From: Candidatus Bathyarchaeota archaeon RBG_16_48_13
Lineage (GTDB): Archaea > Thermoproteota > Bathyarchaeia > RBG-16-48-13
Direction: 5' to 3'
Assembly: GCA_001775995.1 (NCBI GenBank)
Contig: MEZH01000004.1
Span: forward strand, 21,642-40,279
DNA length: 18,638 nt
Below the pieces are notes generated by a model. It did not search any database, was not told the DNA's origin, and was given only the letters and a program-made list of their open reading frames with translations. Of this stretch, positions 14,214 through 18,638 are shown in pieces (within the stretch, counting starts at the first letter, position 1; each line of letters begins with the position of its first letter). Position numbers and translations under genes: made by a program.

Positions 14214-14717
14214 CTACCTTATCAATGCGGGGAGACGTTTCCTGACAAGAGTGGAAACGGGCACGCCTATGATGGCGCCCACAATGATCTGAATTGTGTT
14301 CCCGAGAACCTCTGTTAGAGCAACTGGCATGCCGTACCCCAATATGAAGGATTCTGCCAGGAAGTAACCTGTTACCATGACTGTACCTCCCGCCAGGACT
14401 GCCAAGACATCCCTAGTAAACGTTCTTCCGTCAGCAATAAGTCCTACGACCAAGCCTTCAAATCCTTTGATGATCAAGGTGAAAGGAGCGAAATACCCAT
14501 AGCCGGCCCATAGGTCGGCCAAAGCAGAGCCGAGTCCACCCGCAGCCCCGCCGATGTAGGAACCAAAGGTCAAGGCCGTGGTAAAAATCATCGCGTCGCC
14601 AACATTAATGTAGCCTCGGGTAGGAGGATTGGGTATCTGGATAAGAAAGGTGGCTACAGTAACAAAAGCAGTCATAACAGCAGTCATGGCGAGCCTGATG
14701 ACCCGCCTTTGACTCAT
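14214..14717 (-). CDS. ECF transporter substrate-specific S component (HmpT/PdxU2-like)
   Basis: About 167 aa, highly hydrophobic. MTAFVTVAT...IPNPPTRGYINVGDAMIF...GAAGGLGSALADL..GY..FAPFTLIIKGFEG. Start is ATG 14717 or TTG 14735. Confidence 0.88.
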   Translation of the reverse strand: MSQRRVIRLAMTAVMTAFVTVATFLIQIPNPPTRGYINVGDAMIFTTALTFGSYIGGAAGGLGSALADLWAGYGYFAPFTLIIKGFEGLVVGLIADGRTFTRDVLAVLAGGTVMVTGYFLAESFILGYGMPVALTEVLGNTIQIIVGAIIGVPVSTLVRKRLPALIR

Positions 14718-14738
14718 ATACTCTTCTTTTTCCAATGG

Positions 14739-16379
14739 CTACGCATTTCCTCTCAATTGATCATGCTCAGTCTTCTTAAATCTTTTATCAGTACATGCTT
14801 TTACGAAGCCGTAGTAAGCTGGGTCTGGTTTTCCAGGTCTGCTCTTGAACTCAGGATGAAACTGAGTCGCCAAGAAAAAGAACTTGTCAGGTAGCTCTAG
14901 GATCTCTTTCCTGAGTCCGTCTGGACTAGCGCCAGAGAAGACTAACCCTTTTTTGTTTAGAGTTTCCCAGTATTTCGGGTTTACCTCAAATCGATGGCGA
15001 TGTCTTTCCATGACAATGTCGTTTTGATAAAGTCTATGTGCGATGGTCTCAGGCTCAATCATTATCGGCTGCGCGCCGAGTCTCATTGTAGCGCCTTTTC
15101 TTGTGACGCCCTCCTGTTCAGGCATCAAATCAATGACCGGATGGAGCGTTTCAGGATTGACCTCTGTGCTGTTGGCGTCTTCCAAGCCGCAAACGTTCCG
15201 TGCGAACTCTACAGTCGCGAGCTGGAAACCGTAGCAAATGCCCAAGAACGGCGTGTCATTCTCCCGCGCAAACTGTATAGCCCTTATCTTTCCTTCAACC
15301 CCCCTGGGTCCAAAGCCGTATGGAACAAATATTCCATCATATTCTTCCAGAATCTTGACCTTTTCGCAGTCATCCTCCAGCGTTTCAGATTCGATATAGT
15401 CTATTTCAACCTTAGTCTTGCAGGCCGCCCCGGCGTGCTTTAAAGCCTCGTTCATGCTGACGTAGCTGTCGACCAGCGTCACGTATTTCCCCACCAGGGC
15501 TATCCTGATCTTAAAATCCGTTTTCAGGAAGGAGTCAACTATCCTGTCCCAAACGGACCAATCAGCTTTCCTGCCATTCAGGCCTAAGCGAGTGCATATA
15601 TAATCACCCATGCCCTGGGAATCAAGAATCGAGGGCAGCTCGTATATGCACCCCACATTATATGAGCAGAAGACACCTTCTTCAGGGATGCTTCCAAACA
15701 GTGCTATCTTCTTCCGAGCTTCATCATCGATCATCTTTGTGCTGCGTGCGATTATGACATCGGGTTGAATGCCGATCCGTCTCAATTCATTCACGGAATG
15801 TTGAGTGGGTTTAGTCTTGAACTCCTCGGTCACGTCCAATATGGGAACCAATGAGACGTGAACTGAGATTGTGTTGGGTGAACCCTCTTCCAGACGGAGT
15901 TGGCGGAGAGCTTCAAGGAATGGCAGACTCTCTATGTCTCCTACAGTGCCACCAACCTCAATCAGCATGATGTCCACTTTGTCGCCCGAACCGACAGCCC
16001 TGATTCGGCTCTTTATTTCGTCAGTTACTTGAGGGACGACTTGAACGCATTTGCCAAGGTAGTCACCTCGTCGCTCCATATCGATTACAGACCCGTAAAT
16101 TTGACCAGTAGTCATATTGTGGTCTTTGTGGATGTTGATGTCCAGGAAACGCTCATACGAGCCCAGATCAAGGTCAGCCTCGCCGCCATCCTCTGTGACA
16201 TAGACCTCTCCGTGAATATGAGGGTTCATGGTGCCCGCATCCACATTGACGTAAGGATCTATCTTCAAGGCTGTGACGGAGAACCCTCTCGTCTGAAGCA
16301 TCTTGCCGATTGATGATGTGATTACTCCTTTGCCTACACTCGACAAAACTCCACCTGTAATAATTACAAACTTTGACAT
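14739..16379 (-). CDS. pyrG: CTP synthase
   Basis: GGVLSSVGKG, KIDPYVNVDAGTMNP..HGEV, EVGGTVGDIE, KTKPTQHSV, glutaminase GICYG, RHRHRFEVN, QFHPEF. Confidence 0.98.
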   Translation of the reverse strand: MSKFVIITGGVLSSVGKGVITSSIGKMLQTRGFSVTALKIDPYVNVDAGTMNPHIHGEVYVTEDGGEADLDLGSYERFLDINIHKDHNMTTGQIYGSVIDMERRGDYLGKCVQVVPQVTDEIKSRIRAVGSGDKVDIMLIEVGGTVGDIESLPFLEALRQLRLEEGSPNTISVHVSLVPILDVTEEFKTKPTQHSVNELRRIGIQPDVIIARSTKMIDDEARKKIALFGSIPEEGVFCSYNVGCIYELPSILDSQGMGDYICTRLGLNGRKADWSVWDRIVDSFLKTDFKIRIALVGKYVTLVDSYVSMNEALKHAGAACKTKVEIDYIESETLEDDCEKVKILEEYDGIFVPYGFGPRGVEGKIRAIQFARENDTPFLGICYGFQLATVEFARNVCGLEDANSTEVNPETLHPVIDLMPEQEGVTRKGATMRLGAQPIMIEPETIAHRLYQNDIVMERHRHRFEVNPKYWETLNKKGLVFSGASPDGLRKEILELPDKFFFLATQFHPEFKSRPGKPDPAYYGFVKACTDKRFKKTEHDQLRGNA

Positions 16380-16407
16380 TCGAACCCACTTACCAACCTA
16401 TTCTAAA

Positions 16408-16432
16408 GTTCTTCAATAGACAATTGAAGAAC
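16408..16432. repeat. Perfect 10-bp inverted repeat upstream of pyrG
   Basis: GTTCTTCAAT-AGACA-ATTGAAGAAC read directly from the sequence. Confidence 0.85.
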
Positions 16433-16442
16433 GTAAAACTGA

Positions 16443-16450
16443 CTATTAAA
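16443..16450 (-). promoter_or_regulatory. TATA box upstream of pyrG
   Basis: Minus strand TTTAATAG, 64-71 nt upstream of ATG 16379. Confidence 0.5.
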
Positions 16451-16497
16451 TTTGAGAACAAAATGAGGCTATCAACGCATGGATTGACGCTGGCCAG

Positions 16498-17193
16498 TCA
16501 GTTCCTAACCCCAAAAACGGCCAGATGATCTTTGTCGTAAGGCTCGAGCCCGATGCGGTCTGTGACCACAATGTTCCTTGATCTCAGGATCTGGAGCTCA
16601 GCTTCGAAAACTCTGGAGGGCGCTTTGGTGGCGTCTATGCTCCGGGCTTTTATCATCAGTACTATTCTGCCACCTTTCTTCAAGAAGAAATCGGCGTTGT
16701 CGGCCAGTAGCTTCGCTTGCTCAGGCTGTGCTACGTCGCTGTAAATCATGTCCACTATCCCCACTTGGCCGGAGTAATTGCTAGGGAATCGCGCATCAGC
16801 CAATATCGGTAGTACATTAGGCCTGTGCGTGCTGACTTTTTCTATCAGTTCCCGGAAGGATCGATGTGCGAAGTCAACGCAATAGACGCAACCTCTCTCA
16901 CCTATGATGTCCGAAACGTGGCTGACAGTCGTCCCCGAAGCCGCCCCTAAGTAGAGTACTCTTTCCCCAATTCGTATCGGCGTCCTCAGACCACCTTTGA
17001 TTATCACGGCTGAAAGTTTACTCCTATAAGGATCCCATAGCCTGTACTCACACCCTCTGAAGGAGAGTAATTGCTCGCCGTATGACGTTCGGCCGGGGAC
17101 CAGATTGATTGTGGCCAGCCTACGACTTCTATCTTCGAGCGTCAACCAAAATGTGTTATCCGCGGCTTCGACGGCCTTTGCCTCTGTGACCAT
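16498..17193 (-). CDS. flpA: Fibrillarin-like rRNA/tRNA 2'-O-methyltransferase
   Basis: NLVPG..YGE...YRLWDPYRSKL.A, VLYLGAASGTTVSHVSDI, DVAQPEQA, KARSIDAT, LEPYDKDH. Start reassigned to ATG 17193 with AGGAGG SD. Confidence 0.97.
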   Translation of the reverse strand: MVTEAKAVEAADNTFWLTLEDRSRRLATINLVPGRTSYGEQLLSFRGCEYRLWDPYRSKLSAVIIKGGLRTPIRIGERVLYLGAASGTTVSHVSDIIGERGCVYCVDFAHRSFRELIEKVSTHRPNVLPILADARFPSNYSGQVGIVDMIYSDVAQPEQAKLLADNADFFLKKGGRIVLMIKARSIDATKAPSRVFEAELQILRSRNIVVTDRIGLEPYDKDHLAVFGVRN

Positions 17194-18394
17194 TCGGTGT
17201 CCTCCTTTCGGTCCTTCGCTCAACAACTTTCTCGCGGACCGGAGGCCGCGGGTACTTTGTCTTTATCTCTCTTACTCTGGTGTCCAGCTCCATTTTCAGC
17301 CTCTCACCCATGAATTCTCCTTTGAAAGCATCTACTCTTACAGCTATGGCGATCTTGCCTGACAGCGCCCGAGCTATCTTACCTCTCTGCCATCTTAAAG
17401 CTTGATGAATGTCCTGGTGTTGAAATATCGCGCCGTGTTTCGGGGGCAAAGCTCCGGTCTTCATGGATCGGAATAGGGCTTTCTCAGCTCCCAAGATCTG
17501 TATCGTGCTAGCGGGCATTCTAGATATGTTCTCTAGCCCTCCAGCCAGAGAGATTAATCTCGCGCCAAGAGAGGATCCCGCCAGCATCTTGACGTTAGGA
17601 GCAACTTCACCCATCAGCTTTTCCACATAACCGTCCAGCTTTCTTCTTGCCTTGTATAGTTCCATGATGCTAGCACTAAGATCTCGAATAGTCTCTAGGT
17701 CATTCTCATCCAAATCCGCGCCCATAGAGGAGCTAATAACATCAGCTATGACACGGGACCTCGATTCGGGTATCTCCATATCTTTCAGATTATCCAAGGT
17801 GAAGTTTTGTCTTGCACCGAGCAGGTTCACAAGCCTTAGAAACGTATCGTGTTTTTCAATGAAGTTGTTCAATTCGGGGAAATGGTAGCCATACCATTCT
17901 CGAACCCTTGTTGAGAAGATATTTAGAGAGCTATCCAGTTCATCTATCGCATGAATGGCCTGAATCAGAAGTAGATCCCGTTTATGAGCGGCTTCTTTCA
18001 CCGCAACCCTTGAGATGGAAGTTGAAACCGTTCTGGAGAGCTCCCTTAGAGCTGCCTCGTCATCAACATACCTCAGCTCAGTCGCGACCTTTGGCAGGTC
18101 CGCCCTCAGTCTCTTTCCCGTCTCGGTTGGTCCCACGACCTCTACACTAAAACCCAAATCCCTTTGGACTACGTCTGCTAAGCTCTTTCCCTCGAAGTCG
18201 AAGACATCAAATCCATTCAGGGCGATCCTGCTTATTAGGGACGTGAGCTCCGGAACGAGCAAGCCTTTGCCAACCATCTTGAGGGCATTGACTATCGATT
18301 CTGCCCTGTTGACAAAGAGCTCCTTGTCTATTACCTCCCCTTTCTCGTCGAAGGCGAAAAAACCGATCACCGTCTCTATTATCAGGGCTTTCAC
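17156..18394 (-). CDS. nop5: C/D box sRNP scaffold Nop5 (Nop56/58)
   Basis: LRVREW-like TRVREWYGYHFPEL, VAPN...LAG..LGARLISLAGGL, PASTIQILGAEKALF, PKHGAIFQH, RGKIARAL..K.AIA.RVDAF. GTG start; adjacent to flpA. Confidence 0.97.
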   Translation of the reverse strand: MKALIIETVIGFFAFDEKGEVIDKELFVNRAESIVNALKMVGKGLLVPELTSLISRIALNGFDVFDFEGKSLADVVQRDLGFSVEVVGPTETGKRLRADLPKVATELRYVDDEAALRELSRTVSTSISRVAVKEAAHKRDLLLIQAIHAIDELDSSLNIFSTRVREWYGYHFPELNNFIEKHDTFLRLVNLLGARQNFTLDNLKDMEIPESRSRVIADVISSSMGADLDENDLETIRDLSASIMELYKARRKLDGYVEKLMGEVAPNVKMLAGSSLGARLISLAGGLENISRMPASTIQILGAEKALFRSMKTGALPPKHGAIFQHQDIHQALRWQRGKIARALSGKIAIAVRVDAFKGEFMGERLKMELDTRVREIKTKYPRPPVREKVVERRTERRTPNGHRGKGRRSRG

Positions 18395-18431
18395 TCGGAT
18401 CTACTCGCTCCAAGACTCTGTAATTGATCGA

Positions 18432-18451
18432 CTTTAAAGCTTATCTTTAAG
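18432..18451. promoter_or_regulatory. Back-to-back TATA-like elements of the divergent nop5/pyrD promoter
   Basis: CTTTAAAG (palindromic) and CTTTAAG lie in the 92-nt gap between the divergent starts. Confidence 0.45.
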
Positions 18452-18486
18452 CCCGAAGCAAGAGACTCTGGGAGGGGCGAGTTGCA

Positions 18487-18638
18487 GTGCCAAGTAATTT
18501 GGCTGTGGACATAGCGGGGTTGCAACTTAGGAATCCCACGATTCTCGCTTCAGGGGTTTTAGGCATCTCGGGATCAACCCTCCGCCATGCTGGCGACGTC
18601 GGAGCTGGCGCGGTCATCACACAGTCATTGGGCTTGAA
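18487..18638 (+). CDS. pyrD: Dihydroorotate dehydrogenase (family 1), 5' part; runs off the window end
   Basis: Not in the ORF track. GTG 18487 with GGAGG SD gives MPSNLAVDIAGLQLRNPTILASGVLGISGSTLRHAGDVGAGAVITQSLGL, matching L.V.I.GL.L.NP.ILASG...GAGAV.T(K)S. Confidence 0.88.
   Translation, partial: MPSNLAVDIAGLQLRNPTILASGVLGISGSTLRHAGDVGAGAVITQSLGL

Noticed and set aside
16366-16390. Minus-strand GGGTTCGAAT resembling a tRNA T-loop at the pyrG start
   Set aside because: No complementary T stem (GTGGG is followed by GTCAA, not CCCAC) and no cloverleaf; it overlaps the pyrG ATG.
1-18638. Mobile elements, CRISPR repeats, rRNA/tRNA genes, prophage block
   Set aside because: No transposase or integrase ORFs, terminal repeats, regularly spaced repeats or RNA gene signatures were seen; coding density is filled by housekeeping genes.

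Overview
Archaeal chromosomal window of mostly housekeeping genes; TACK/Bathyarchaeia-like by gene content, which is an inference. Order: hypE (partial), small Hjc-like nuclease, ASKHA/[2Fe-2S] corrinoid reductive activator (RACo family), decayed ThiC/Bza C-terminal remnant, Lrp regulator, SAM methyltransferase, nucS, albA, Rad50/SbcC-like SMC ATPase, Mre11/SbcD-like nuclease, CoA-disulfide/persulfide reductase with rhodanese domain, PPOX-family protein, Sm-like protein, DUF460 protein, ECF S component, pyrG, fibrillarin, nop5, and pyrD (partial). I found no rRNA, tRNA, CRISPR array or transposase. The most notable observation is a coupled Mre11-like/SMC pair in which the SMC has no CXXC zinc hook and instead has a hydrophobic, probably two-helix membrane segment at the coiled-coil apex. 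Its ATPase motifs are of YhaN/SbcE type and no herA/nurA is adjacent. Other points of interest are an unannotated ThiC-family CX2CX3C remnant, motif substitutions in PyrG (PYGFG) and PyrD (TQS), and several operator-like palindromes. All calls come from manual translation and motif recognition; no database search was run.
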